Notes: a model not told the origin generated them from the letters alone. DNA of 64,000 bases from Minisyncoccota bacterium (GCA_041663185.1 JBAZQY010000002.1:152496-216495), one strand, 5' to 3'. Positions 34,871 through 44,709 are shown, numbered from the stretch's first letter. Numbers and translations are program-made.

Positions 34871-35104
34871 ATGGAGTATAATAAAAGAATGAGAAAAGAA
34901 AAAACTTTATTTATTATTGGCTTGTGGGTAATGTTGTTGCCCTTTTTAGGTTTTCCTAATTCTTGGCGAAAGATATTATTTCTCATAACTGGGTTAGCCA
35001 TTATATATCTGGCATATCTATTTTATTTAGAAATTAAAGCGCGCCTATCTAAAGATACGAATCATAGTAAAACATTTGTAGACAATATCGGTAGTGGAGA
35101 ATAA
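34871..35104 (+). CDS. small membrane protein (77 aa)
   Basis: Two hydrophobic helices, tightly packed between rsmI and the next gene. Confidence 0.4.
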   Translation: MEYNKRMRKEKTLFIIGLWVMLLPFLGFPNSWRKILFLITGLAIIYLAYLFYLEIKARLSKDTNHSKTFVDNIGSGE

Positions 35105-35106
35105 AT

Positions 35107-36336
35107 ATGCTATCTAAAAAAAAGATAAAAGTAATTTTTATAACTGGCCTCGCATTGGTATTATGCGGGGTAATTGTTTTTTATATTTTGCCATTAGTTT
35201 ACGGAAGTAATATAGAGTATGACCAGAATAAAGATTCATCTATCAGTGATAAAAATAATTTAAAAAATAGTGATGATAAGATTGAGAAAGAGAACTTGGT
35301 CAAAAGTGAAAATGCCCAAGCACTTATTCCGGTGACTCATATTGCCACCCCGGAGCACGTCCGAGCACTTTATATGTCTGGTTGGGTTGCTGGCTCAGAA
35401 GATTTTCGTAATTCATTAGTAAAAATTGTCGATCAGACAGAGTTAAATGCTGTGGTCATTGATATAAAAGATTCAACGGGGCGAATTAGTTTTGCCACGG
35501 ACAATTTGGAGATTCAAGAAATGGGGAGTTCAGAAAACCGTATAAAAAATATTCGTGCACTTACTTCACTACTTCACTCTAAGAATATTTATATCATCGG
35601 CCGTGTTTCAGTTTTTCAAGATCCATATCTGACAAAGTTAAAACCAGCCTGGGCGATAAAAAGATTGAGTGATGGGGGAGTCTGGAAAGATCGTAAGGGT
35701 TTATCATTTCTTGATCCAACAAATAAAAATGTTCATGATTACATTTTAGATATTTCTTTGTATTCTTATAGTGTTGGGTTTGATGAAATAAATTTTGATT
35801 ATATCAGGTATCCTTCTGATGGAAATATGAAAGATATTAATTATAATTTAGCAACTGGAGAAACTCGTTCAGATAATATGGAAAAGTTTTTTAAATATCT
35901 CAGAACTGAAATTAAAAAAGTAGATAACATTCCTATTTCAGCTGATCTCTTTGGGCTAACAACAGAAGCCAAAGATGATATGGGTATTGGTCAAGTTTGG
36001 GAGAAAACTATACCGTATTTTGATTTTGTTTGTCCGATGGTTTATCCATCTCATTATCCTCCTGGACATGCCGGATACAAAAACCCCGCTCTTTATCCAT
36101 ATGAAGTCATAAACAGAGCCCTGGCTAGTGCTGTAGTCAAAACTAAGGCCATTAATCAAGACCCCAAGAAAATCCGCCCATGGCTTCAAGATTTTGACTT
36201 AGGGGCTACATATACAAAAGAATTGGTTAGAGCTCAAATGAAAGCTACATATGATAATGGTTTAAATTCGTGGATGTTATGGGATCCAAGCAATAAATAC
36301 ACTCCTTCCGCATTAGAGGTTGAAACAATAAATTAA
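35107..36336 (+). CDS. membrane-anchored putative glycoside-hydrolase-like TIM-barrel protein (DUF4015/GHL-like)
   Basis: N-terminal TM. The body reads RALYMSGWVAG...LNAVVIDIKD..GRVSVFQDP, resembling the YngK/DUF4015 pattern. This is from memory. Confidence 0.45.
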   Translation: MLSKKKIKVIFITGLALVLCGVIVFYILPLVYGSNIEYDQNKDSSISDKNNLKNSDDKIEKENLVKSENAQALIPVTHIATPEHVRALYMSGWVAGSEDFRNSLVKIVDQTELNAVVIDIKDSTGRISFATDNLEIQEMGSSENRIKNIRALTSLLHSKNIYIIGRVSVFQDPYLTKLKPAWAIKRLSDGGVWKDRKGLSFLDPTNKNVHDYILDISLYSYSVGFDEINFDYIRYPSDGNMKDINYNLATGETRSDNMEKFFKYLRTEIKKVDNIPISADLFGLTTEAKDDMGIGQVWEKTIPYFDFVCPMVYPSHYPPGHAGYKNPALYPYEVINRALASAVVKTKAINQDPKKIRPWLQDFDLGATYTKELVRAQMKATYDNGLNSWMLWDPSNKYTPSALEVETIN

Positions 36337-36360
36337 TTTTGTAATAATAAAGATAGAATT

Positions 36361-37578
36361 ATGAAATATAAAATTTTAAAACAATTTGGTTATGTAATTA
36401 TTTCCTTGATAATTATTACTGGAATTTTAGGATTGGGTGTTTATCTTGGATATTCACATCGCCCAGAAATAGACAAAGTCACATCTATTATCAATAAAAC
36501 TCCACAAGTAGAAACAACAGCGGATTTTAATTCATTTTGGAAAGTCTGGAATATTTTAAATGAGAAATCTATTTATAATGACCAGATAAAAGATCAAGAT
36601 CGTGTCTGGGGAGCCATCTCGGGGCTGGCTTCTTCACTTGGAGATCCATATACAGTCTTCTTTCCACCGAAAGAGAATAAAGAGTTCACCGAAGAGATTT
36701 TGGGCTCATTTGATGGTATTGGAGCGGAGATAGGAATGAAAGAAAATATCTTGACGATTATTGCTCCACTCAAGGATACTCCAGCATGGAAAGCAGGTAT
36801 CAAGAGTGGAGATAAAATTATAAAAATAAATAAAGAAAGTACAGTTGATATGACAGTTGATGAAGCGATTGATTTAATTCGAGGGCCTGCCGGGACTACT
36901 GTGAGCTTAACGATTCTTCGATTGGGAGAAAATGAAGCCCGTGAATTTGTTGTTGCTCGAGAAAGTATCGCTGTGCCAACTTTAGATACGAATTTACGAG
37001 ATGATGGAATTTTTGTTATTACCCTGTACAGTTTTTCTGAAAACTCTTCTAATTTGTTTAGAGAAGCATTGATGAAATTTATTGATTCTGGTTCCAGCAA
37101 ACTTATCTTGGATTTACGTGGTAACCCTGGTGGTTATCTGGATTCAGCTGTGAATATTGGCTCATGGTTTATTGATGAAGGTAAAACGATTCTGAGTGAA
37201 GATTTTGCTGATGGGCGTGAACCTAAAACTTATCGCAGTCGTGGTCCGCGTTTGTTCAATGAGCATCTTTCACTCATCGTGCTTGTCGATGGAGGTTCTG
37301 CTTCTGCTTCTGAAATTTTAGCCGGAGCTCTTCGAGAGCATAATATTGCGACTTTGGTTGGAGAAAAGACTTTTGGTAAAGGTTCTGTCCAAGAATTAAT
37401 AAAGATCACCGATGAGACATCTCTCAAGGTTACTGTTGCGAACTGGCTTACTCCCAACGGCGTTTCTATTTCTCTCGAAGGACTTACTCCAGATATTATT
37501 GTGCCTTATACCCAGAAAGATTATGAGGCTAAAAAAGACCCACAAATGGATAAAGCGATTGAAATATTATTAAAATAA
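36361..37578 (+). CDS. carboxyl-terminal processing protease (S41 family) with a PDZ domain
   Basis: PDZ (GIKSGDKIIKIN), S41 motif LDLRGNPGGY, Ser in GSASASEILAGAL and Lys in TFGKGSVQ. Confidence 0.85.
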   Translation: MKYKILKQFGYVIISLIIITGILGLGVYLGYSHRPEIDKVTSIINKTPQVETTADFNSFWKVWNILNEKSIYNDQIKDQDRVWGAISGLASSLGDPYTVFFPPKENKEFTEEILGSFDGIGAEIGMKENILTIIAPLKDTPAWKAGIKSGDKIIKINKESTVDMTVDEAIDLIRGPAGTTVSLTILRLGENEAREFVVARESIAVPTLDTNLRDDGIFVITLYSFSENSSNLFREALMKFIDSGSSKLILDLRGNPGGYLDSAVNIGSWFIDEGKTILSEDFADGREPKTYRSRGPRLFNEHLSLIVLVDGGSASASEILAGALREHNIATLVGEKTFGKGSVQELIKITDETSLKVTVANWLTPNGVSISLEGLTPDIIVPYTQKDYEAKKDPQMDKAIEILLK

Positions 37579-37585
37579 AAAAATT

Positions 37586-38023
37586 ATGAAAGTTATCTTA
37601 CTTACAGATATCCCAAAAGTTGGAAATAAATATGATGTTAAAGATTTCAAAGAGGGCTATGCTCAGAATGTTCTTCTAGCTAAAGGGTTAGCAATTCTAG
37701 CGACTCCAGTCGAGCTTGCAAAATTAGAAGCCAGAAAAAGACAGACAGAAAAAAAGAGGGAAGAAGAAATGAAATCTTTTATAGAATTGATTGCAACTGT
37801 GGGCAATAAAGTGATTACCATAAAAGCCAAAGCCAACGATAAGGGGCATTTATTTAAAGCGGTTGGTCCTAAAGATGTTGTTGTTGCAATTAAAGAAATT
37901 GCTGGAGTAGAAATAGATGAAAAATCTATCATAATGGAACACATTAAAACTCTTGGCACTTATAAAATTTCTATAAAAAAAGGTGATCAGAAAGGGGAGT
38001 GTGAAATTTTAATAATAAGATAA
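37586..38023 (+). CDS. rplI: 50S ribosomal protein L9
   Basis: MKVILLTDIPKVGNKYDVKDFKEGYAQNVLLAKGLA is the typical L9 N-domain; 145 aa. Confidence 0.9.
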   Translation: MKVILLTDIPKVGNKYDVKDFKEGYAQNVLLAKGLAILATPVELAKLEARKRQTEKKREEEMKSFIELIATVGNKVITIKAKANDKGHLFKAVGPKDVVVAIKEIAGVEIDEKSIIMEHIKTLGTYKISIKKGDQKGECEILIIR

Positions 38024-38052
38024 AAAAATTCCCGATATATCGGGAATTTTTT
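38022..38052. terminator. bidirectional hairpin terminator between rplI and rpmA
   Basis: aattcccgatatatcgggaatt flanked by A/T runs. Confidence 0.6.
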
Positions 38053-38053
38053 G

Positions 38054-38326
38054 TTAGATTACGTGGACGATTTTTTTGACTGATGATGAGCGGTTGAAAT
38101 TTATTTTTCTTTTTGTTCCATATTTTATAGTACCTTCTTTAAGAGCAAAAAGAGTATGATCTTTGCCAAGACCGACATTGTTTCCTGGAAGAATTTTTGT
38201 ACCACGTTGTCGGATAATGATTGAACCAGCTTTTGCTTTTTCACCAGCGTAAAGTTTCGTACCTAAGTACTTTGGATTTGAGTCTGTTAAGTTTTTGGCC
38301 GAACCCCCGGCCTTTCTATGTGCCAT
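38054..38326 (-). CDS. rpmA: 50S ribosomal protein L27
   Basis: [29 protein letters not shown]...[28 protein letters not shown]. Confidence 0.9.
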   Translation of the reverse strand: MAHRKAGGSAKNLTDSNPKYLGTKLYAGEKAKAGSIIIRQRGTKILPGNNVGLGKDHTLFALKEGTIKYGTKRKINFNRSSSVKKIVHVI

Positions 38327-38410
38327 GAAATGTTTATTAGTAGTTTACTGGCTAATGACAGGATTTTATCCTCAGAAAGGACTAGCAAACTACATTTGAA
38401 TAAATTATAA

Positions 38411-38812
38411 TTGAACTGTATGAGTATATCTGATTTTTTATATAAAATCAAGAGCCAAATTGACATTGACAAGATTACTTTTTTGTATCTTTGTATAATA
38501 ATAGGGGTGGGGATTAGTGCTTTTGGTTTGGGTCGGCTATCTGTCGATAATAATTCCGAGAGAAGCAATAATATAATTATTACAGAAAATGACAACTTAT
38601 TACTTAGGCAAGATAAAAATAATTCTGATGATTACCTGACGCCATCCATGCAATCAGCCGAGAGAAGGTATGTGGCCTCAAAAAATGGTAAAATGTATTA
38701 TAGTCCTGGTTGTAGTGGAGCTAAAAGAATTAAACCAGAAAATGAAGTTTGGTTTAGCACGACGGAAGAAGCTGAAAAATCCGGTTATGAATTATCTGTT
38801 CTGTGTAAATAA
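38411..38812 (+). CDS. membrane-anchored protein with a C-terminal Ada-like zinc-binding domain
   Basis: TM helix, then YVASKNGKMYYSPGCSGAKRIKPENEVWFSTTEEAEKSGYELSVLC. This resembles the Ada N-terminal metal-binding pattern (FYxxKTtgIYCRPsC...kpENvvfFxtxeeAxxaGfRPC). Confidence 0.45.
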   Translation: MNCMSISDFLYKIKSQIDIDKITFLYLCIIIGVGISAFGLGRLSVDNNSERSNNIIITENDNLLLRQDKNNSDDYLTPSMQSAERRYVASKNGKMYYSPGCSGAKRIKPENEVWFSTTEEAEKSGYELSVLCK

Positions 38813-38820
38813 ATAAACAA

Positions 38821-39720
38821 ATGAAAATACGTTATCAATTTTTTATAATTATTTTTGTTGGACTCTCTCTTTTTATTTTAAGAGAGGATTTTTTGTCTGT
38901 TGTAAAAAATATTTCCTCATCTTTAAATAAAGAAGATAAGCCAAGTATTCAATTAGAAGAGGAGCCCCTCTTACTCGGACAAGCTGATACTCCAGGGCCT
39001 TTACGGGTCGTTAATGATTTGTTAAATATCAACAGTGATGCAAAGTTATCTAATAATAATATTATTGTTCTCACGAATAAGAATAGAAAAGAGAATGGCG
39101 GGCTAGCTCCATTAATGGAAAATTCGAAATTAAATTTATCCGCCAGTAAAAAATTACAAGATATGTTTGATCATCAATATTTTGAACATACTTCGCCAAC
39201 TGGAGTTGGGGTCTCAGATCTTGGCAACGAAGTGGGATACAATTACATTTTGATTGGCGAAAATTTGGCCATGGGCAACTTCCAAGATGATAAGGCTTTG
39301 GTGGATGCTTGGATGGCAAGTCTAGGTCACCGCGCCAATATTTTAAATAAAAATTACACAGAGATCGGAATAGCTGTTGGGCAGGGTCAATTTGAAGGCA
39401 AAAATATTTGGATGGCTATTCAACATTTCGGTACTCCTCGAAGTATTTGCCCAGTTGTTGACCAGGTTCTTTATGGAATTATTAATGCCAATCAAAGTCA
39501 AATTAAAGAAATGGAGCAAGATCTTATCTTACGCAAAGAAATGATCGATAATGGAGCTGTTTACGAGGGGAGTAGTCGTAATGAGCAAGTTGATCAATAT
39601 AATGATTTGGTAAATATTTATAATGATTTAATTGCAAACACAAAAGAAAAAATAAAAAATTATAATAATCAAGTGCAAGCATTTAATTTCTGTCTTTCTG
39701 GTATTAATAATTCCGATTAA
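38821..39720 (+). CDS. CAP (cysteine-rich secretory protein/PR-1/YkwD-like) domain protein, secreted
   Basis: N-terminal TM/signal. CAP motifs GHRANILNKNYTEIGIAV and HFG...; coiled-coil C-terminus. Confidence 0.75.
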   Translation: MKIRYQFFIIIFVGLSLFILREDFLSVVKNISSSLNKEDKPSIQLEEEPLLLGQADTPGPLRVVNDLLNINSDAKLSNNNIIVLTNKNRKENGGLAPLMENSKLNLSASKKLQDMFDHQYFEHTSPTGVGVSDLGNEVGYNYILIGENLAMGNFQDDKALVDAWMASLGHRANILNKNYTEIGIAVGQGQFEGKNIWMAIQHFGTPRSICPVVDQVLYGIINANQSQIKEMEQDLILRKEMIDNGAVYEGSSRNEQVDQYNDLVNIYNDLIANTKEKIKNYNNQVQAFNFCLSGINNSD

Positions 39721-39928
39721 TTTGGTTTTCCACAAGAGTGGGGTAGTGTCAAGAAGCCTATTTATAGCTATATTTTTAAGATAGAAGGACGTCGCACAAT
39801 ATATCTTTGCGACACTCTTGTTTTTTAAAACAATCCTTATTATTATTAGGGTTATTATGATGCCTCAATTTTTCATTGATTGTGCGACATCAAAAGTCGA
39901 TATTATAAATAAAATAATTTAAAAATAT

Positions 39929-40180
39929 ATGAAATTTGAAGAAAATGTAAAATTATTGACTGCCCTATCGAATCCATATGACATGTCTGCTACCGGTGGA
40001 CCTGTTGGTGTTTCTCATAAGGTTCGTTTGAATATCAATGGTGAGATTTTTGTTGCTAATGCGACAGAAGATCAGGTTAAGGAATATTCAAAGTTTGAGG
40101 GTAAGGACGGTGTTGCTGTTTTGAATTTTACTTCTCCAAAGGAGAAGTTACGTTTGAGTTTGGTTTCGTTTTCTGTGTAG
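39929..40180 (+). CDS. prophage small protein (83 aa), possible ssDNA-binding gV analogue
   Basis: First ORF after the left repeat. The size and beta-rich composition fit gV, but there is no motif support. Confidence 0.35.
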   Translation: MKFEENVKLLTALSNPYDMSATGGPVGVSHKVRLNINGEIFVANATEDQVKEYSKFEGKDGVAVLNFTSPKEKLRLSLVSFSV

Positions 40181-40255
40181 TGTTTTAAACTTGCTGACCC
40201 TTTTGGAATTATTCGTATTTTATTTGTCCTTTAGGGTCGGCATGTTTAGAAAATT

Positions 40256-40870
40256 ATGAAAAAAATTATTTTATCAATTATTCTTGCATTTATTTTTACT
40301 TTTGGTTGCAATACTGCTATTGCTGATGATAATTTTGATTATGTTACTCAAACTTTTGTAGTTACTCTTGATTCTTCTGTTATTACTAACATGTATTCTT
40401 CTCCTTATGAGATTTTACCTTCTCCTGGTTCTGGTAAGTACATTGTGGTTGATACTGCTAATGCTCATTTTGTTCCGACTGTTGGGAGTAATTATTCTGG
40501 TGGGGGAAATGTTCGACTTGTTGAATGTAGTGGTGGTAGTTATCAAACTCAATTAGTGGTTTCTTCATCTGTAATTAATTCTGGTGTTGAGTTTTTTACT
40601 TATGCAATTTATCAAAATAATTCTTATTACCATGAATCTGATCCTGTTTGTGTTACAAATTTAACCTCAGCTTTTTCTGGTAATGGCGGTACTTTAACTT
40701 TTTATCTTCAATATCACGTTGTTGATATTTCTTCTCAGTCTTTTGTTTCTTCTACTGACTCCCCCTTTTTTCCACCGGGTTTAGTTTGGTTTTTGGAGTT
40801 TGGTGTTTTAACCTTTCTTTTCTTTTATGTTATGAAATTTATTATTAAGTATTTTGGAAAAATATTATGA
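40256..40870 (+). CDS. prophage secreted Ser-rich protein with a C-terminal TM (putative virion/minor coat protein)
   Basis: Signal peptide, Ser/Val-rich body and a C-terminal hydrophobic anchor. Confidence 0.5.
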   Translation: MKKIILSIILAFIFTFGCNTAIADDNFDYVTQTFVVTLDSSVITNMYSSPYEILPSPGSGKYIVVDTANAHFVPTVGSNYSGGGNVRLVECSGGSYQTQLVVSSSVINSGVEFFTYAIYQNNSYYHESDPVCVTNLTSAFSGNGGTLTFYLQYHVVDISSQSFVSSTDSPFFPPGLVWFLEFGVLTFLFFYVMKFIIKYFGKIL

Positions 40871-41001
40871 GTGATGAGTATTCAACAATTTATATTTTAG
40901 TTACTTCTTATCTTCCTCGGATTTTATTTTTAATATTTTTTCCTGCTGTTTTGGTCGGTGTAGCGTTTAACTTTATGAAAAATCCTTTGCGTAATATATG
41001 A
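40867..41001 (+). CDS. prophage small hydrophobic protein (44 aa), g7/g9-like candidate
   Basis: Hand-translated: MSDEYSTIYILVTSYLPRILFLIFFPAVLVGVAFNFMKNPLRNI. ATGA overlap with the next small ORF. Confidence 0.25.
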   Translation: MSDEYSTIYILVTSYLPRILFLIFFPAVLVGVAFNFMKNPLRNI

Positions 41002-41105
41002 GTTTATCTGAATTACAACAATTATCGATAGAAGTTATTGCTACTGCTTTGGTGTGTGGATTTTTGTTTGCTCTTTTCATAGCCCTTTTTGGTCATGAAA
41101 AGTAG
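40998..41105 (+). CDS. prophage small hydrophobic protein (35 aa), g7/g9-like candidate
   Basis: Hand-translated: MSLSELQQLSIEVIATALVCGFLFALFIALFGHEK. Confidence 0.25.
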   Translation: MSLSELQQLSIEVIATALVCGFLFALFIALFGHEK

Positions 41106-41140
41106 GTCGTAATTATTAGAATTAATTTAACAAGTATTAT

Positions 41141-41341
41141 ATGGAAATTGGAGTTATAGGAAATTGTTTGACTGTTGCACAAGCGACTTGTACGGGTACT
41201 GGAGTTATGAAGGAGTTAGGAGGTGCGTTTTATGGTTACTCTGGTGCTTTGGTTACAATTCTAGGGGCTGTTATCGGAATTGGGGTTGCTTACTTGGTGT
41301 TCCGTTTCGGTTGGAGAAAAGTTAAGGGTTCTACAAAGTAG
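41141..41341 (+). CDS. inovirus major coat protein-like (copy 1)
   Basis: 66 aa with an amphipathic N-terminus, a hydrophobic TM (ILGAVIGIGVAYLVF) and a basic C-terminus (RFGWRKVKGSTK), as in g8p. Confidence 0.6.
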   Translation: MEIGVIGNCLTVAQATCTGTGVMKELGGAFYGYSGALVTILGAVIGIGVAYLVFRFGWRKVKGSTK

Positions 41342-41400
41342 AATTCTTATGTGGGGTCGTAATTATTAATTAATTTGTATATTAATTTATACCAAATAAC

Positions 41401-41553
41401 ATGACTGCAAGTGCAATGACAACGTTAGTTACCGACACTTTAACATCATATGGTGGAGCATTACTTACAATTCTAGGGGCTGTTATCGGAATTGGGGTTG
41501 CTTACTTGGTGTTCCGTTTCGGTTGGAGAAAAGTTAAGGGATCAACAAAATAA
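41401..41553 (+). CDS. inovirus major coat protein-like (copy 2)
   Basis: 50 aa. The 3' about 95 nt are nearly identical to copy 1 (same TM and basic tail) and the N-terminus differs. It is below the track cut-off. Confidence 0.55.
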   Translation: MTASAMTTLVTDTLTSYGGALLTILGAVIGIGVAYLVFRFGWRKVKGSTK

Positions 41554-41557
41554 AATA

Positions 41558-41612
41558 CCCCTCGTATGCGAGGGTCTGCTCGACCTTTAGGGCGAGCAAG
41601 CCCTCGCACGTG
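41558..41612 (+). terminator. GC-rich hairpin cluster after the coat genes
   Basis: ccctcg-tatg-cgaggg and gctcg..cgagc / gccctcgc hairpins. A terminator follows the major coat gene in Ff phages. Confidence 0.45.
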
Positions 41613-42920
41613 AGATTAATTGCGAAAATTATCATGAAAAAAGTTATACTCAAAAGTGTTTATGTTGGCTTGCTCGTTCTAGGGTTCGGGCTGGGTATTT
41701 CGCATTTTGTTTTTGCTGATGAAAATTATCGTGTTCCTGCTCATTTAGAAAATAATTCTCAAATATTTTGTGATAATCCTCCCTGGAATGGTACTGATGG
41801 TTATTGGGTTTCTTGGGGTGCAAGTATTGGAGCTCAGGTAGCTGAATTTCCTTTTGAATATCCCTTAGGTGGTAATGGTACAGCAACGATTTGTACCGGG
41901 AATGCAAATGTTCCTTATGGTGGAGCTGATGGTAATTTTTCTGATCATACTGGTACAGCTTATGAAACTTTTTATACAGATAGTGCTCGTACTCAAATTT
42001 TTGGTTTTATAGAATTTTCTTGTGTTGATAATGTTGGTTGTTCTATTGTTGAAAGTATTGCTGAAACGTGTTTAGATGGTATTCAAAATCAAGATGAAAC
42101 CGCTATTGATTTTGGAGGTGTTTGTCGTTTTTCTTCTCGTTTGTATCATATTTCTCCTGTAAGTGATTCTACTACTTCTTCATCTGTGTTTGATATTGTT
42201 TATAAATATTATGTTAATAGTGTTGATGATTCTGATTTGGATAAGGTTTTGGTTACTGTATGTCCTCGTTCCTATTCTTTCGATGATTGTCAGATTTTTG
42301 AACACGATATTACTACTTATGATTCTTTGGTTGAAGTTACTGATGAGTTTACTGCTGTAACTGGTCAAAATGGTCTTTATGAAGTTGCTGTTTCTCTTTG
42401 GAATGGAGATTATGATGTTTCTTGTTCTTGGTATCAAGTTTTTTGTACTCCTACTACTTCTCGTATGGGTCCTGGTGATTTGTGGACTTTTAATGTGATT
42501 AATCAATCTGGTGAGTATGGTACTCCTGAGGTTATTTTAGATACTGATTTTTATGTGAATGATTCTTGTGGATCTACTGATTTAGGTTGTCAAATAAAAA
42601 ATGCTATAAAATGGTTTTATGTTGTATCCCCTACTACTCTGCAATCTTTTTCTAATTTGAGTTTACAGGATTCTGTTCCGTTTTCGTATATTTATGATGT
42701 TGGTAATTTGTATGATGAGTTATTTGAAAATGGAGGGTCTGCTGAGATTGATATTCATGTTACTACTCCTATTGGACAGATAACTTTTATTAATGCAGAT
42801 ATGATTGAGGGTGTTCCGTATGCTTCTACCATTAAAACAATTTTAGGTGCGTTACTTTATTTGTTTACAGCAATGACAGTTTATAAATTAGTATTAAATA
42901 CTTTTCATTCAAAAGTATAA
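41610..42920 (+). CDS. inovirus g3p-like adsorption/minor coat protein
   Basis: 436 aa with a signal peptide, a Cys-rich body and a C-terminal TM anchor (ILGALLYLFTAMTVYKLVL). Confidence 0.5.
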   Translation: MRLIAKIIMKKVILKSVYVGLLVLGFGLGISHFVFADENYRVPAHLENNSQIFCDNPPWNGTDGYWVSWGASIGAQVAEFPFEYPLGGNGTATICTGNANVPYGGADGNFSDHTGTAYETFYTDSARTQIFGFIEFSCVDNVGCSIVESIAETCLDGIQNQDETAIDFGGVCRFSSRLYHISPVSDSTTSSSVFDIVYKYYVNSVDDSDLDKVLVTVCPRSYSFDDCQIFEHDITTYDSLVEVTDEFTAVTGQNGLYEVAVSLWNGDYDVSCSWYQVFCTPTTSRMGPGDLWTFNVINQSGEYGTPEVILDTDFYVNDSCGSTDLGCQIKNAIKWFYVVSPTTLQSFSNLSLQDSVPFSYIYDVGNLYDELFENGGSAEIDIHVTTPIGQITFINADMIEGVPYASTIKTILGALLYLFTAMTVYKLVLNTFHSKV

Positions 42921-42926
42921 TTATAT

Positions 42927-43193
42927 ATGTTAGATTTTTTGGCTCAACAAGTTCATAGTTTCCTGTCATTCCTTATTGGGTTGTTTCCCTCTGGTACTGG
43001 TTTTCCTGAGGGCTTTCATACTGCTATGGCTACTCTTGGTGGTTATGTTCATTTGCTTGATCCTCTTGTTCCTATGGCTACTCTTTTAACTTGTGTTACT
43101 TTAATTTTTACTGTTGAGATTGCTATTTTTGGATTTAAGGTTTTGCGTTGGATTCTTTCCCATGTTCCCTTTTTGGGTGGTAAGGGTGTTTAA
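42927..43193 (+). CDS. inovirus g6p-like minor coat membrane protein
   Basis: 88 aa and very hydrophobic, located between the g3p-like gene and Zot. Confidence 0.4.
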   Translation: MLDFLAQQVHSFLSFLIGLFPSGTGFPEGFHTAMATLGGYVHLLDPLVPMATLLTCVTLIFTVEIAIFGFKVLRWILSHVPFLGGKGV

Positions 43194-43217
43194 TTATTAG
43201 TTTTTAAAATAAAATAC

Positions 43218-43925
43218 ATGGCTATATTTGAAATTTGTGAGGGTGCTCCAGGTCAAGGTAAGAGTTTATATACTGCTCGTCTTACTAGACGTATTTTGAT
43301 TCGTAATAAAAAATGGTTTAAAAAAACTGGTGTTATTCGTCCGATTTTTTCTAATTTAAAATTTTCAGAAGCTTTTGAGGAGGAGGGAAAAGATTTTATT
43401 TTTTATTGGTCTGATACTGCTGAATTAGTTAAGCTTTCTGATTGCGATATTATCTGGGACGAAATTGCGACAGAATTAGACAGTCGCAATTTCGCTGAAT
43501 TGACTGTGGAAATGAAAAGATTTTTATCGCAATACAGAAAGCGTGGTATTGATATTTATGCTAATACTCAGGATTTCTCAATGATTGATAGACGTGCCCG
43601 TTTGATGATTTCTGCTGTTTATACTCTTTATAAAGTTTTGGGGTCTAGGGATATTTCTACTACGAAACCGAATCCTAGTGTTATTTGGGGGCTTGTTATG
43701 ATTCGTCGTGTTCAAAATTTTAAAGAGGATAACCCTGAAAAGAAAAAGTATGATTTTATGCCCTCTTTTATGTTTATAGAAAAAGAGTTAGTTTCTCTCT
43801 ATGATACTCGTCAGGATATTCCTATGGGTCGTCCGGCTCCTTTAAAGCATAAAGTTTTGTATTGTGAATTCTATGGCGTTAAAGGTCATCAATGTGAAAA
43901 TCATTGTAAAGTGGTTCATTCATGA
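43218..43925 (+). CDS. Zot-like (g1p) phage morphogenesis ATPase
   Basis: Walker A (EGAPGQGKSLYT) and Walker B (DIIWDE), with a Zot-family N-domain layout. Confidence 0.85.
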   Translation: MAIFEICEGAPGQGKSLYTARLTRRILIRNKKWFKKTGVIRPIFSNLKFSEAFEEEGKDFIFYWSDTAELVKLSDCDIIWDEIATELDSRNFAELTVEMKRFLSQYRKRGIDIYANTQDFSMIDRRARLMISAVYTLYKVLGSRDISTTKPNPSVIWGLVMIRRVQNFKEDNPEKKKYDFMPSFMFIEKELVSLYDTRQDIPMGRPAPLKHKVLYCEFYGVKGHQCENHCKVVHS

Positions 43926-43972
43926 CTTGATATAACCACATAACATGTAAATTATTAAAATATACACTTAAA

Positions 43973-44707
43973 ATGATTTTATATAGAAAATATGGTAAAA
44001 CAATCGAAATTACAAAAACTCAAAAAGAACCCTCCCCCATTCGTCGGGTATCAAGTTCCCGAAAAAATGGCGAACCTTTGGCTGTTAGACGTGCCGATTC
44101 AGTTCGTCGGACCAAAAGAATATGTCTGCGCCGATTGTTATCTGCTATTGAGGAGCTTGGATCTCCGTTATTCATTACGCTCACCTTTCAGGGTAGTGCC
44201 TCAGATGTATTATTTAGTTCCAGTGCTCTCACTCGTTTCCAAAGGAGGTTGTCAATTTCATTTCCAAACTCTCAATCCCTCTTTGTTCCCGAACTCTCTC
44301 CTGGTGGGAGAATCCATTTTCATGGCTTGCTCTTTGGAGTGTCGCAAGAGTGGGGTGATGTTAAAAAAGGTAAACGTACCATATCAATCGGTCGAGAAAG
44401 AAAAGAGAGGGTTTTCTCAAAATTGTGGGGATTCGGTTTTGTTGATTTGCTCCAAACTGATGGCTCTCCCCGATTGGCTTATTACGTATCAAAATACGTA
44501 ATTAAAGCGTCGTATGAGCCGTTTTTAACTCCTTTACGACTTGTAAGAACTTCCCGGGGGTTTCCTAAACCGACCGAGTATAGATTTAAAACTGAAAGCG
44601 AGTTTAATTATTTATTTTCTCGTATGAAATTACGCAATGTTTGGGAGTTTTCCACTTATACGCCTTATTTAGGTAAGGTATCAAAAATTTTTTATGATAT
44701 AATTTGA
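43973..44707 (+). CDS. rolling-circle replication initiator (HUH endonuclease Rep)
   Basis: Motif I FITLTF, motif II HFHGLLF (HUH) and motif III YYVSKYVIK (catalytic Tyr pair). Confidence 0.85.
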   Translation: MILYRKYGKTIEITKTQKEPSPIRRVSSSRKNGEPLAVRRADSVRRTKRICLRRLLSAIEELGSPLFITLTFQGSASDVLFSSSALTRFQRRLSISFPNSQSLFVPELSPGGRIHFHGLLFGVSQEWGDVKKGKRTISIGRERKERVFSKLWGFGFVDLLQTDGSPRLAYYVSKYVIKASYEPFLTPLRLVRTSRGFPKPTEYRFKTESEFNYLFSRMKLRNVWEFSTYTPYLGKVSKIFYDII

Positions 44708-44709
44708 TT

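Noticed and set aside
40368-42506. Embedded ORFs inside prophage genes (40368-40556 plus; 42163-42360 plus; 42180-42506 minus; 41650-41907 minus)
   Set aside because: They are highly repetitive Leu/Ile-rich translations of T-rich phage coding sequence in off-frames, with no independent start context.
43992-44501. 169-aa ORF in an alternative frame inside the Rep gene
   Set aside because: Same strand, different frame. The Rep frame carries all three HUH motifs, and the alternative frame has no recognisable features. A genuine overlapping gene (as gX in Ff phage) would be in-frame with Rep, and this ORF is not.
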